NCBI GenBank assembly: GCA_002633005.1
Contig: NMRA01000433.1
Location: 1-64,000 of the forward strand
Length of the DNA stretch: 64,000 bases
Reading direction: 5' to 3'
From: Phoronis australis
Lineage: Eukaryota > Animalia > Phoronida
The notes under the pieces are model-generated. The model made no database searches. It was given only the letters and a program-made list of their open reading frames with translations, and was not told where the DNA came from. The position numbers were made by a program, and so were the translations under genes. Below, piece after piece: positions 1-13,850 of this stretch (positions are counted from its first letter, which is position 1; the number at the start of each line of letters is the position of its first letter).

Positions 1-355
1 AAATTTGGTGAAAATCGGCTGACCCCCACCTTGCCGCTCATGGCTGGTGCTCTCGTGGACTAGTACTTAATAGCTCGGTCCATGGACAACAACGAATCTC
101 GGGTTTGTGACCCTGAAATCCTTTCACACTAGTAACCATTTGGTCCCGAAGGCTGACTAAGGAAGGCATCGAGAGGTGTCATCAAACGTTATATGCATAA
201 AACATTTTAATTCTGAACGAACTGTATCTAACTGTTCACCAGTGCACATAATGCGAGCCATGTTACTTAAACGTTCAACTGCGTTACAGGGGCTAGGTGT
301 TGTGTCCTTTTTGAAATTCTAATGGACAAGATCATCACACTTTCTCTTGTTGCAG

Positions 356-491
356 TCTAGAAAGTATCCTTGATGATGTGGATATAAGCAATGTCGGATT
401 TGGAGATGAAGAGTTTGGTTGGGAGGAAATTGTAGGAGATAGCATCAATAGGTACCGCGATGGAGACTATGGCGACAGGTTCTACACATGA
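356..491 (+). CDS. Probable terminal coding exon of a gene lying upstream of the window (acidic C-terminus)
   Basis: Polypyrimidine acceptor ctttctcttgttgcAG (354-355), then an open frame LESILDDVDISNVGFGDEEFGWEEIVGDSINRYRDGDYGDRFYT* ending TGA at 489-491. No family recognised. Confidence 0.4.
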
Positions 492-2739
492 TTCCTTGGT
501 GTTCATAGGTTTAATGATGCAGCTGCTGCACACTCAGATGTGCATGAGAGCAAATTCATTGTTTTTATGACACCCTACTTACCCTGTCAAATCTCACCAA
601 CGTGTCTTGCAAAGAATATCAGCGATGTTCGGATTTCTTCGTCTGTTAAAGGCCCAACACTCTCTTGCTACAACCTTCTCCGAAAAGTGTCGCATTTACT
701 CATTTGCTCATTGCATTTATTCTTCTCTGAAAAAGATATTTTTCACCAATTACGAAGGGAGATATTTATCCCATCTTGTATTCTTATAATTCACATACAT
801 GTAGCTACAACCTCAGCTCACTACTAGAACAAACTGGAATTTTGTTCAATCGTTGATCTCACATCTTATTTTGCGCCATCAGACAAATAATAACCATATG
901 AAAATCTGTGTAAAATGTAATGGCTCCCAATTTCTTCAAGATATAACATGACATAGATCGTTAAGTATAGGAAGTTCTGTATTCCTACAGATCATACATG
1001 TAAATGCCACTCTAAACTAGAGTTTTGACATGTTCAGTATTCGTGACATGTACGTTAGTTTGACAAGATGCTTGCAGACCACGTTGAGCTGGGGTCACTG
1101 ATGCTGGACCAGTAGTATCTGTAGCGACTGACTTCCCTTTCCTTCCTCTACCTCTCCCACAAAATTTCACATAAAGTTTTGATGGTTATCAAAAACCATG
1201 CCTAACATTGGATGTAATGTAATTTCCTAACCAAAGCAAATGTTTCAAACAGGACTAGTAATGTGTACAAAAATTCTTTTTGCGACAGCATTCCATTAGC
1301 GAGTTCTCAGCCTCGGTCTGTTGGTGTAAGCTCTTGTCACGTTTTACCCCATGGATAGGTGGGCGCAGGTTGTTACCGATCGATGCTAATAGATGTTTGA
1401 TGCAATGGTAGACTGAACACTGGTTCGAATTAATCACTTTATTAATATTGGCTGTATGCTCTCAAGTCCATTCAAACAAAACGTATAATGTAATGTCTGT
1501 TCTAGGTTCAGGCAGTGCTACAAAGCCTTGGCTTGTGAATCACTTTCAGCACCTGCTACAACTGTTGGTTCAATAACATGCAACTCTTGAAAGATCTTTG
1601 TTCCCAAACCACACCTGACGTGTAAGAAAATTCTGTGCAATTGAGACTGCAACAGCTGATGTTGGAGCCAATAATTAATGCTGTGAACTACATGTATAGC
1701 AGTACCTCGACGTTGTGTTATTTTCTCGTCTGGAATGATATGATGCATCATGGACAGTAGAAAAAATATTTTCTATTAATGTTGCAGCAATTTCTGATGT
1801 TTTTACTGGGGCCAGTTTGCTGTTAGTGCAATGTGTCATTCCGTTTGTCCAAAGGTGTGTAGATTGAATATGTTATTTTCTTTCTCAACACAGTTATGTT
1901 GGTAAAAAGGCATGACCTCATATTTTATGCACTATGTAACTTTGTATCCTTCCATGAGTCCATACATCATTGTTTTTTTTTTGTAGTCAGATGTAAAAGT
2001 GGAGGTCACCTCAATAAAACAAAAGTTGATTGCAAACGACATTTGTGCAAATCCCTGAATTGCTAAGTGCTTAAAGTTATAGTCATTGGAAATGTGTAAA
2101 ATAGTTTGGAGAAAAGCACAATTATTTAGATCATGGTGTTGCTCAATAAAATAAAACGTTCTGAATGCTGTTGGGACTGAATGTTGATCATGATGCATAT
2201 TGCAAGCTATAGCTGGGTGAAAAATTGGGTCAATTATAGTTACCAGCAGTGCCTGGAACAGATGTGTCTTTGGTTTATCATCATCTCATTTTTCTGTGTA
2301 ATGACAATGTAAGGTATTGGATGACTGGAGTTAACAGCTTTTGAGAAATTAGCAGATAAACCTTGTTTTAGGCTCAAAAAGATATCAAAATTTAGCAGTA
2401 GAAAGTTATTGCTCCCTTTCTAATGTTTTATCACTGAGTCTGTGAAGCACCTTGTAATTGGTTAGAATTGCTGTAAATGACAGTGTGATTAGTATGACAT
2501 AGGTTTATGTAATTCAAAACTTGGTGAAGTCATTGCAGTTGGTCAATGCTCTGAATACATGCATTTTGGGCCCACTGAGTGCACTTGGCCCCTGAATTAA
2601 AAAAAAAACGGAGGAAATTTTGGGGGATTTTTAGTTGTATAAAGAAAAAGGCCTATGAAGGAAACATGCTCACTTGAATGTAATTTTTGTGCCTCAAGTC
2701 TCCACTAAAATTGTTTCATTGTTTTTATTCGTTAAGTAA

Positions 2740-3560
2740 TCACCAGGTCATTTGTTAAACGAACAGAGGTAAATCTACTCTGAAGCACTGACAGACAGCT
2801 ACCAACAGAATGATTCTATCATCACTGAAACCATTTTATGAACGAACATCAATACATGTACTGTACATTTTCCTATCCGATGAGTATGTAAAGCATTTTG
2901 TTGACCAAAAATTATGTTAATATTTTGATCTAGAAATGAACATGATGGCTGACACGAAATTTTAATGGACGGATTTTATCGAGATATAGTGCCTTTATGA
3001 GGGGAATGAATGATGCCAACTTGCTGAAAATAAATCTATTGATGACTACAAGATTTATTGTACAACAAAACGATTTCTTAAGTTGATTTAGGAACTAGGC
3101 CCTGGATGATAAAGAACATGATGAAACAATCTCTGAACATGATCAGCGCTCGACCAGCCAAGAAAATCAACACACCGCTCCGTTTGCGACCTGGCCAAAA
3201 TCTTTCAAACTGAAGGCGCATTTTCAAGGTCCAGCTGGCATTCGAAAATTGCTTGATCTGACATCGACCAGGATCCGATGACGATAGATAAAAATCACTT
3301 TGCTTTATTACTGGTCGATTTTTTTTGCCAATCTGAATTAATGTCACGATCCTTTGTATTCCACATTCTACAAATTGCATCATAGTCGACACTTTTATAA
3401 ATTTGCAAACAACATATATCTTCTTTTTATAGTGTAATGGCTTTCTTCGTCGAGATCAGATACACAACTGCACGGTTTCGCACACAGAATTTTTTTGATT
3501 ATTTCGTTATAATCCTTGGCCAGAGCATCGGTGTCTTCATGTAGAATCTATATTATAATA
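2740..3560 (-). mobile_element. Highly degenerate tyrosine-recombinase (DIRS/Ngaro-like) remnant
   Basis: Frameshifted minus-strand pieces IQIGKK-IDQ...YLSSSDPGRC and THRIG...NGFSDDRIILLG..AFRV resemble the SKTDQ..CPV and HSFRIG..GRW.S motifs. A related diverged copy lies at about 51788-52130. Confidence 0.35.
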
Positions 3561-4653
3561 TCGAGATTAAATACTGGTAAATTGTCCTATATCGGGATCG
3601 AACAACCACCTCAGCATTGTCCTGGGGATCCTAAATGACGATTCTAGCTAAAACTGGTGCCTGGATTATGACGAAAAAGACCGGGACACTTAGAGCCCGG
3701 GACACGTGGAAATCGAAATCCATAAATGGGACACAAGGAACCCTGGACGCATGGAACCCGGGACACAAGGGCTACGTTTTTCTGGAACAATACAGACTGC
3801 CCCTCTGACTGGTCTATGTTGTGTGTGTCATGCGTAAGACCAGAGATTTCGTCCATTGAAAATATACAGACTTGGCGGTCCACATTCTGATGTCTATGGT
3901 CCCACCTAACCTAAATCCGGCAATACAACGCTAGGCAATTTGAGAATTATCACAAACAAAAGAATTAACTTCTGAGTTATTTTTCAAATTTTTGATTGAG
4001 GCACAGCTCCAAATATAACCTCCACCAAACTGAAGCTAAAAAAATTGCATTCACAACTCTGCACTTACCAGTATTTGATGGCAGTCTCCACTGTACATCA
4101 CGGTATCGCAGCACGGTATCCAACACCTGCCTGGTATAATAGCCCAATACTAAAAGAAAATGCAGCAAAATCATTAGAGCTGTCAAATACATACTAATAA
4201 TATATTGTTTATTCCTATTCGTATTTTTCAGCTGCTTCCACAGTGGACTTTAAGGCGAAGGCAACCCTTTTTCATGTCATTTTTAGTAAAAAATAAGGTT
4301 CGTTGGTTATACGATACATATTTTTCAATTAATTACTGTAGAGCTTCTCGTCGGCAGCCCATCACACAGTGACTGTAACAAAGTGAGCAACGGAGATATT
4401 GTTCATTAGCGGTTCACTACAGAGGGGGCAGGGGGGGGCTTTAGCCCCCCACTTTTTTCAGTGCTGTGCCACCCATGTCATAGCAGTAGTGATTGTGTAT
4501 TTATTTTTTTTCACGGACGGCCAGTGGGTGGCTGTACTAGAGAGCTTCCTCCCTCTCCTTCTAGTCTGAGCCATATTGGAATAAACCACATATATACTGT
4601 TCCTAGTCAATCTGTGTTTATCTAGTGTCTATTATAACACTCCATAACGTAAT

Positions 4654-4656
<3 letters not shown>

Positions 4657-4716
<60 letters not shown>
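4657..4716. repeat. (TA)n microsatellite abutting an N gap
   Basis: Seen directly. Confidence 0.95.
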
Positions 4717-4809
4717 NNNNNNNNNNNNNNNNNNNNNNNNNNNNNNNNNNNNNNNNNNNNNNNNNNNNNNNNNNNNNNNNNNNNNNNNNNNNNNNNNNNN
4801 NNNNNNNNG

Positions 4810-7371
4810 TGCACTGTAATGCCGACCTCAATGGAATGCCTATGCTGTTTCCACTGGATGGTCACCTGAGCACCCAAACCGCTTACATACCGCCATGTGA
4901 CTCCTTCGCCACACGTACATACACCTGGCACCTTCTAAATAGCTTCAATACTTTAGACAAGTCTACAACAAACTTATCAACATTTGGCTCACAGGCCTAT
5001 TCATTGAACGACGAACTGTCCTCCTCACTGGGTGTCGAACTACATGCAGTGATGTAATGGTACACCTACATGTAGAGTGCGCGAGACGATAATGAGTACA
5101 TCCTGGTATGCGGCAACTATGTGGCATGTTGACTGACTCGTAAACAAAAGTAAACTATGATCAAACTGATCACAACCGTGATAGAACAATGACTGACTCA
5201 ACAGTTCTCACAATCAGACTATAGGGAAATAAGAATTCTGGACTCCCTGAAGGTCACTTTCGGAGTAGGGGACGAGTAATTAATTAAATTACATGAAGCT
5301 GTAATTAACTGAAAAACATGTCTGGTATAATCAACAAGCCTATTTTTACTAAAATGACATGAAAAAATGTTGCCTTTGTGAAGAACACTGTTCCCAGTAA
5401 TATTTTATGTACTATCGACACTAAGGCAAAAGAGACTTGTTTATAATAAGAGACCTCAACTCTACAGCATGCAAAGCATGACTGAGACAACACCGCTACT
5501 AGCATACACTATGTATAATGTTGTTGGCCATGATTAATTGCAGTTGACAGTACAATAAAGAATGAAGTACTGAGGTCATCATGTTACAACCCTCCCTCGA
5601 TACATGAAGTTCGTCACCTCTTAAACAAAAAAAAACAAAAATGTGAGGAAAATTATGAAGATTTTTTATTAAAGTCGCATTACCTTGACAAAAGTCTTGT
5701 CAGTCGCTGTCGGTCTAAACATATCGTGTAGTCCACATAGTACAGCTTCCTGTTCATCAGTGCCATCCTCCTCACCAACAGCTTCAGATGCTCCATGTAT
5801 TAACTATCCGCTACTGCTGCATAACTTTTAAAAGGTAAATAAAAACTTTAACTGCACAAAATGTTTATGGGATAAGGAAACAAGATTTAGTAGAATAACA
5901 CCATCAAGTCATAGTCACGTATTCATTTGATAACCTTGAAATAGACAATGCACAGGGCAATGACAGTATTTAACATTAGTATAATGTTCCATGTTAAATA
6001 CTGCCCACAGCTTAACATATTCTTTGAAGGAAACACAAGCAAAAAAAAGTTACACGTCACAAATAAGGTGAAGTACAAGTGCTTCTGCACATTACAAAAG
6101 AAACTGAAAATAAATATAATTGTTGCTTCAGATAGAAATAAGCAAGACGAATGTAGCATAAGGCTACTGCACATTATAAGCACAAGAAGCACCACCACTA
6201 GATGAAGAGGTTAATCGAAAGCTTAAAAGTTTTGGCAAAGGCGTGGCATACAGTGAGGAAAAGTGTAGCACTATTAGGTTACACACAAAATTACTAGACT
6301 GTCAACTGTAAAATGAAGGAATAATTACAAAATATTAACATTAGCTAAATGCTGTAATGACCAAGGGTTCCTTTATCTAGCATGTACTAAAAATGACTGC
6401 TTTGATTAATAAGAACATGGTTGAACTATTTGAAAGAGCAAATTATATTGAATTACACAGAGCATTTTTTCAATTCCAGTATCATACTGAATATGATAGC
6501 TGAACGCATTTATCTATATCCTCCTACTCATACTCTGAAGTTCCATTATGGTATCAAAGTGATCTTAAAAACAGTGAAGCAGGAGACAAAATGATGATAA
6601 TTCCTGGAACACCACTTGACTCATCCATCTACTTACTCATCCAGTCGTGGTAGAAGAAAAGACAAAAGTATAGCTCCACCAAATATTTTCCTGAAATTAC
6701 AAGGAGGAACCGTCGTAATTAAAATAGAAGCATGTGAATGCATTAAAGGACATCCTTGCAGTCCTGCAAAACTTCAATTGTTACTAAACAATTACACTTT
6801 TTGAGTATCGCAGCGAATATAAAACAAATATTTGTCACAGCAATAAGATTTCAAATCCAAATTCCAGAATGATGAAGTCATTACTTTGTGTGAATCGTCA
6901 TCCCGACTAAAATGGCATGCAGATTACTGCATATTGACAGGTAGTGGGAGTTGAACGCACGATAATTTTTTATCATAATTGAGAGTTCCGCCAGAAAGCC
7001 ATGAACATGAGAATGGTACTTAATGAGGAAAGCTAAGCTTGCAGATTATTAGTGCACTTAAGTTTGTTCATATGTACAAACTGACAATACTACCACAAAC
7101 ACTCCTTGACACACTTTGCATGAGGGAACACGGGTTATTCTCCACAATATGTCTTAAATATGGATTGCAGCAATTGGGACATGTTCTGCAGAATCGTTTA
7201 ATAAATGCACGCTGCACCCGTGAAATCCTTTACCATAACCTTTTACACCTTCTTTACCTGGCTGGCATGAAACACTGCTAATGCACTCTTTTGACAACAT
7301 CGTAGATCTTGAGGTTTGAATCTGCACCCAGTCAAACAGGTTGCCATCATACTGATACCCTACAAACAACC
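4810..7371 (-). pseudogene. Degenerate spliced gene, probably internal to a DNA transposon (Kolobok-like transposase N-terminal region)
   Basis: Exon-like pieces: 7371-7258 (AG..GT, GLFVGYQYDGNLFDW...), about 5815-5684 (GT donor, EAVGEEDGTDEQE...TFVK), and 5050-4810 (DKFVVDLSKVLKLFRRC..CTC..GAQVTIQW, with a stop and a frameshift). The last resembles the KFIVFxSxLxxLFxxCxxC motif of THAP-associated transposases. Confidence 0.4.
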
Positions 7372-8394
7372 CTGAAAAAGTATAATATATATAACAGATA
7401 TACAAGGCACGGTATGTTCGACTACTTTGAGAGGAATAAGTACATGCAGCCAAGTAAAGGTTTTATATTTATATTCTCAACAGTTGCCAACATTTGTTAT
7501 CGTTATGAAACCAGGTGATTCTAAAATTAAATAAGAAATATTTGCTTTTTTAGATTCAAAATGAATGGCTTGAGTCCCGCACACAGTATAATGTTGCTCT
7601 CGTGAAGGGGAATATACATAGTTTTCATTTAGGCTTAATCCATTGTAAATTTAACCACACTAATGTAAAGCATTGAAATTTGCACATGAGTGCAACTATG
7701 CCACAAATGGTATGCTTGGGGGGTGTTCATTAGTACCAAAATATGGTACATGTACATGTTCAAACAAACACGATGGCCGACAAAATTAAAGATGGACTCA
7801 AGGGTGTGCAAAGTACATCAAAACTGTCTGAAAAGGGGCTGGCGTATCCTAATATAGCAAAGACCCATAGAATCCATCAAATAACTCCTAAGACTGAGGT
7901 ATATGTGAAGAACTTAAAAATTAGTCACAAGACTGGCAAAGCGATAGTCGTATTGGTCAAAAACTCTTTGACATCAGTTGACAACTTCACAGGAATTTCT
8001 ACCACTGCGACTTGAGTGGCCGTAGAGATGAGGCTCCTCTAAGGGCTTCATGTGCCAGATGCTATTCGGCGAATAATGCCTCACAGTCACATCTAATATG
8101 TCGCAATGGGGGTAAGGTAATTGTCAGTCAACTGAATGGCAATGGTAGTTTATTCATTTTTCAATAAGCATAACCCAATTTCAATCTGTGAACAGCAAAA
8201 CAAATTCATCAGCATCAGGGTTCATTTACTAGGATGTAAGTTAAATAATCATACTGTTTTTACATTCCCGGAGAACAGACAGGGTGTTAATGACAGTCAT
8301 CGCTATCGACCGATGCTAGTTTCTGCCAATGAACCACTTTAACTGACTGTGCTTTTAGAATCCGTCTTCAGCAGTATCAGCACAGGATTCTTGA

Positions 8395-8490
8395 ATGGCA
8401 TCCTCAGCTTCTGATCGTCCCCAATATACTACATATATTTAGTATTTATATATAGTGTAATGGGAGCGATCAGAAGCTGAGGACGCCTGG
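8395..8490. mobile_element. ~95 bp palindromic MITE, shared with the right copy at about 20550-20645
   Basis: Arms tcctcagcttctgatcg...cgatcagaagctgagga. Confidence 0.75.
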
Positions 8491-8982
8491 GAATTCTTGC
8501 ATATTTCTGTCAGAGACAGAACCGGCTGTTGTTAGCCTTCACAGCTCCAGCAACGCATTTGTCCATGTGTTCACGGCTTATGCCCATTTGTTTGACCTAA
8601 CTGATGAGATAAATCATAAAAGTAGACAACAAATACACAGAAAAAAGTTAAAGCCAGCAGTAAGGAAGGAGCCTGGTTAGCTCATACACATGTCGAGAAA
8701 ATGAAGTCTGTAACAGTGCAACACACGTGTCTAATAACACTAAGAAACAGAAGAAAAATCTGTAGAAAAGAATCCCAGATTGAACCTAACACAATTCTTG
8801 TTAAAATTACCTTATATCTCACGAATTTAAGAAATCCTGCACGCTTCAACACACCAAGAGCAACGAAATAACAACGACCGCTCTTTCCAATACAGGCCAG
8901 AAACTACTTCCCGTATTGGAATGATGACGTCATTCCAATACGGGCCAAATTCAAATACGGGTCGGAAGATCATTGATGCAGG

Positions 8983-9633
8983 TGTAACAGGAGTGCCCTG
9001 GACATGATTATGTAAGTAAGATAAGTGCGCCCTCTAGTGGTCAAGCTGTGTATTACGTATGTGATTTTCCTATGATGTTGAGTCCTTTGGACATGGCCAA
9101 ATATGGTCAGAAGCTAGGAGCTATGGGCCTTGCCCTTCAGATCGTGTCTGATTGGTTGAAATTGTGTACTTAAGCTTTGTCTCTGTCAGACACGAGGAGT
9201 CCAGTCGCAGAGTTGAAGAAGCAAACATTTACACCTTCACTCACACCAAATTGCAACTGTTTGTGCAGCTTTCGGGCTCCTCCCGAACTTGGTTGCCAAC
9301 AGTTTAGCCCCATGCAATTCTCGGGCTCCTCCCGAGCTTGATTGCATCTCACCTTTCGGATCTGAATAACCAAATTGCCCCGTTCTTGCACACACAACTA
9401 TTAATCAGCGAATGGCTTGCCCGTGTATCAGAACTGTATAAATCACAACGCTGCGATACTAAATCATGGAACAACTGGATTGCTTGTAAGTGTGGAATAT
9501 TGTAGTTATACATGTATATTCTTACAATAAACCTATGTATTATCCACCAACTTTAAGTTTTCAATATCACCCTCAGTCCGCACAGGGCTCGTAAAATCGG
9601 GGCGCCTTGGTCGTAGATACCGCCCCCGTTACA
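8983..9633 (+). mobile_element. Solo LTR (Ty3/Gypsy-like), 651 bp
   Basis: TGTAAC...GTTACA termini, perfect 4-bp target duplication CAGG (8979-8982 and 9634-9637), internal TATAAA (~9438) and AATAAA (~9526). Absent from the partner repeat copy. Confidence 0.85.
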
Positions 9634-10754
9634 CAGGCAACAATATGTTCCAGAGAAACACTTCAACTGAGATGTAATAATTTTATGGACTCACCCTCAT
9701 TCTCATTTGATTAATTTATTGAAGGTCAAGCGTCTGGAAGTGTACAACCAAACGTAAAAGTTACTGGAACACTTAAATAATATGAAAATTAATACCTAAC
9801 GAACGGTTACTAACAACTAAGTCTAAGATTACAAAACAATTTTCTCAGTAACAGTATCTAGACTTTAAACACGGAGCTGCAAACTAAAGATAAATGACAA
9901 ATTATGCACTACCACGTAATTAAGATTTTACAACTGTAATCTTGAACACGTTAACAATTATAAGTAATCAGTAATTTTGTAATAGAAGACGCAAGGCAGG
10001 TAAATGTCGCTTGTATATTCGCTTTCAATCGCAGTCTGTTTCTGCACCAGCAAAATGCCAGAATCAGAAAGAGGTCAAAGAGCTACATCCGGTAATACGC
10101 TACCTGGGCGCTAGATGGCGCGAGAGTAAAAAAGGTTATTTTGCGACTCGGTCACGTTTGCGGTTTTTCCCATGACAGCGGCGCTGTATTCGCTGATCCA
10201 CGAGAGGACTATAATTCTGGTAACAGTTCGAGTTAAATACAGTGATAGATCAAAAGAAAGCAACAGGTTATGTTGCATCCGTTTGATAAATTAACATATT
10301 TTTAAGTTTTCCGCCGGATTTCTTACACTGCAACAGGACCCCAGATTAATTGTTGCACCCAAGGTGAAGTATTGTCTTCTAATTAATAGACGAACAATAC
10401 GTTTCAACAGTTTGAATGTATGGAGTTAAAAGTTGGCGACAAAGACGTTTAACAATCATTTGCAATTGCAACAACAAATAGGTCTTTTATTCAGTTTATG
10501 GAGCGAGCACCACTCGTGACCCGGACTAATCTCCGCCTGTGAGCTGACAACTGAGGCAAGCGATTGACTTGTATCGGACTTTGTCGTCCGCCGCAACGTA
10601 GCTTAGTTTCACCGGAAGGTATCATAGTGAAATCGTGGTTTGAATAAGCACACGGGCCTTTTATTAAACCGCTTGTTTAGTATTTCTATTTGCTTCGATC
10701 TGCCGGTTGTGACGGGTCATTAGTCACGACAAATTTCCCAACGGGCGTGCTTAT

Positions 10755-11370
10755 GGCGAAAAGAAATTGAAACCACCGTCAGGCCGCAAACATTGTGGGG
10801 AAATTTAATGTTAATACGCTTTCTGAGTAAGCCTTAGTGAGTAATTTTGGAGAAGGAATGAGTTATAACAATTCATCAGGTAGGAAGGTACTTTATAAGC
10901 AATAAGTTCCCTCTTCACAAAGTATTGAACAGTATACACATGTAGGAAGGGTAGTAAATTCGGCACTATTATGGATACGTGTATTGTATGCCAAAATGGC
11001 CAGAGCTAGTATGTGTATGCTTGCACGTGTTGAGCTAATGATAACAGGCATATATTGACAAATAGAACTCGGGTCCAGTTTTATTGACCAGTTTTAACTA
11101 ACCAGCAATTTAAAAAAGTGTTTTCTTATTCTGTGCGGCAACTTGTTCAAGTAAATTCGGTCTCCCTTGAAGAGGGCGTGCAATCCCAGTTAATGACATG
11201 CGTGCACTTTGAGCCACTGTGCATACCAACAACCATGTTGGCCACAACCAGGACTGGTTTCGATTTGAGCATTTGCTGCGAAGGATTGTTTATAAAAAGC
11301 CTGTGAGTGTTCGTCGTTTTTTGATTCACTTTAAGTGGATTCGACCAGATTACCAAAAAATCTGTCGTTG
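10755..11370 (+). promoter_or_regulatory. Non-coding block A with ISRE-like and kB-like motifs (paralogue of 13280-13850)
   Basis: GAAAAGAAATTGAAACC 10758-10774, GGGGAAATTT 10797-10806, candidate donor catcag|GTAGGA at 10880. Colinear similarity to block B. Confidence 0.4.
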
Positions 11371-13279
11371 TGTCGTTCTTTTATCATAAACTTACTTATA
11401 AAATACTGAAATGTTATTTTATAGACATATTATTTAATCATTAATTTAGTTTATGTAAATTATACTGCTTCGTCCTCATTATCGTTTTGTGACCGCCTTT
11501 GTCCATCCACTATTGGTTGATTTTACCACGTGACTTCTTTTTTTCGTCGCGACGTGTCGTCATCCATAATTCCCTTCAATTTTGTATTTTCAGTCATTTT
11601 TGTATATTTTTTAGCCCTCCCCGTGTCTTCACGTCTGACAGGTATTGTAACATTTTCCTGATTTATTGTAGACTAAACATGCCAGCTAGATGTTTGATTT
11701 CGGCAGTTCTTACTGTACGACCGTTGGCTGGACGTCCATCTTAATTCGCCCTTGGCGACAGCCCAGGGCCTTTCCAATCTGGGCTTTCACGGGTCCTACG
11801 TACCTGTCAACCCCCGGGGGTTATCCAAGATCACACTCGCCCCTGGCCCCCGTTCTATTCCCAGTTTAACGCTAGCCATTGCCCAGTTCTTGGCCGATTT
11901 AATCTTCCTGCATGATCGCTCGGAACGACCTGCCTATCCCACTTTAACCATGTGTCTGTGCCTTACGACCCATTTAATTTTCCGAGTCTATCCTGCAATC
12001 TTACTCTTCCGTTCACTCGGTCATCATTGCCATGATATTCCAACGTTTCCACGATGACGGCACATTTAATCAAAGTTCCCAATCCTTTAACTTCCATCTC
12101 AAACGCCTCATCACCAACTCCTCACAGCCTACCTTTGCACCCAGGGTGCGGTTTCTGGGAGGAACTTACATCTTCATCGCTCTGACCTAGCCCATTTTAA
12201 CCTTCAATGCGTCCGCAAGCAAGCTCTCAACATCCAATTCGCTTTCGGCCACCACCTCTAAGGCCTGGACGTCCTCTAATAACTGCCCTACCACATTCCT
12301 CCTCCTTATCCATTGCTTGTACAATTTCAGTATTCCCGTTATTGTCTTACTGTCACGTTCACCGGTCACCTTTCACAACGGTTTCTTCCATTTTCTTCGC
12401 TACTAACGTATCCACTTACTCATTACCGTAATCATTCATTGCCAATGAACAGCTGATCGAATTGCAAGAGCTCAACATCATCACACCTTTTCTCCACAAC
12501 TGGGCTCCTGTGTTGCCAAAGCTCCTTCCCACACAACAACTCCTTTCATCATAGGGGTAACTGTATTGGAAGTGTCCCTTTCGGTACCCATCTTCATCTC
12601 AGGGGCTACTGTGTCGGCAGCGTCTCGCGTCGCTCTTCAGCATTTGCTATTTTATGGGCAACTGTATTGCCAGTCCTTTTCACTCACCCTCATTTTTCAC
12701 CCTTGGGCACCTGTATTGCCAGTGTCCTGATTCACTCACTCATCGGGCCACCAGTATTACCAGTACCCAGGCCACTTTTCATCGCCAACTTACCACTAAA
12801 TGTTACAGGGCCCTTCCCTCGCGACACCTATTCCAGTCCTTAGTACATGTATACTCGAGCCTATCCATAGTTATTCTCTCCTTAGCATTTTTGTACCGTA
12901 GATTACACAGGTTTACATTTAACGTTACCTCCGGTTGATGTCCCTTATCTGCATGTATTTCTGTCTGTATACTTCTACTGTACATGGTAACATTTACGTG
13001 TACATGTACCACTCTATGCGGCATTCATCGCATGCATGTATGTTATGTCTGTCACATTATTGAAATACAGTATATTCCTTGTTTATTATCACACCATGTT
13101 AGCTTGTACACCTCTTAGGTTTGGGTGCTCTCATTTCGACACCGCGTTGAGTCGCTTATAGAATTTTTTAATGTCATGTAATCCCGCTATTTAACTCCAT
13201 GTTATTATTTTTCTTATTATTCACCACTTGACTGTAGCGAATCATTAGTCATTATGTTCTCTCTAACGTGCGTATACAG

Positions 13280-13850
13280 GCGAAACCAAAACTGAAACCA
13301 TTGTGAGCAAAAAAACCCGAACTGGGAATTTTTATTGCACATTTTGGTGACGTACATAAATAAGATTTCATCAGGTAAGATGATAGCCTAGTTTATAAAG
13401 CATTCGATTTCGCGATAACATATCTCTTCACATAGTCTTAACATGACTGGACGGGTAGAAAATTTGGCACCCAGCTAGAGATCTTGCGTACATGTACAGT
13501 AATTTTAACTTCTGATTGAAGGTGCGTACAGTATTTACAAATAGAAAACGGAGCCCAGATTTCTTAACTAGTAGTCAACACTTGAAACAGTGTTTCCAAT
13601 TCTATGGGACAACATGTTGAAGGTAAATTCAGTTTCTGTCTTTTTCCCCCGTAATATCGGTGTGCAGCCATACATGTAGCTATTAAAACGTGTTTTAGAG
13701 TATGCACACTGCCTTGTTGGGCACGGCAAGGCCTGGTTTCGATTCCGGTACTTCTTAGAAGGACTTATTTATTGAGAATAGATGAATGTTCGTCGTTCTT
13801 TGTTCCACTTTAAGGGTGTTCGACACTGTTTCCAAGAGTTAATATCCTTC
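13280..13850 (+). promoter_or_regulatory. Non-coding block B with ISRE-like and kB-like motifs
   Basis: GAAACCAAAACTGAAACC 13282-13299, GGGAATTTTT 13324-13333, TGACGTA and TATA-like CATAAATA at about 13348-13362, candidate donor catcag|GTAAGA at 13375. Confidence 0.4.

Larger units (their letters stand above)
7443..9665 (+). repeat. Left copy of a ~1.6 kb dispersed repeat (inverted partner at 19935-21593), interrupted near its inner end by a solo LTR
   Basis: Reverse-complement match, e.g. gcagccaagtaaaggttttat at 7446 versus 21572-21592. The ORFs 7743-8015(+) and 21026-21349(-) are homologous. Palindromic TTCCAATACGGG repeats sit at the inner end. Confidence 0.9.
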
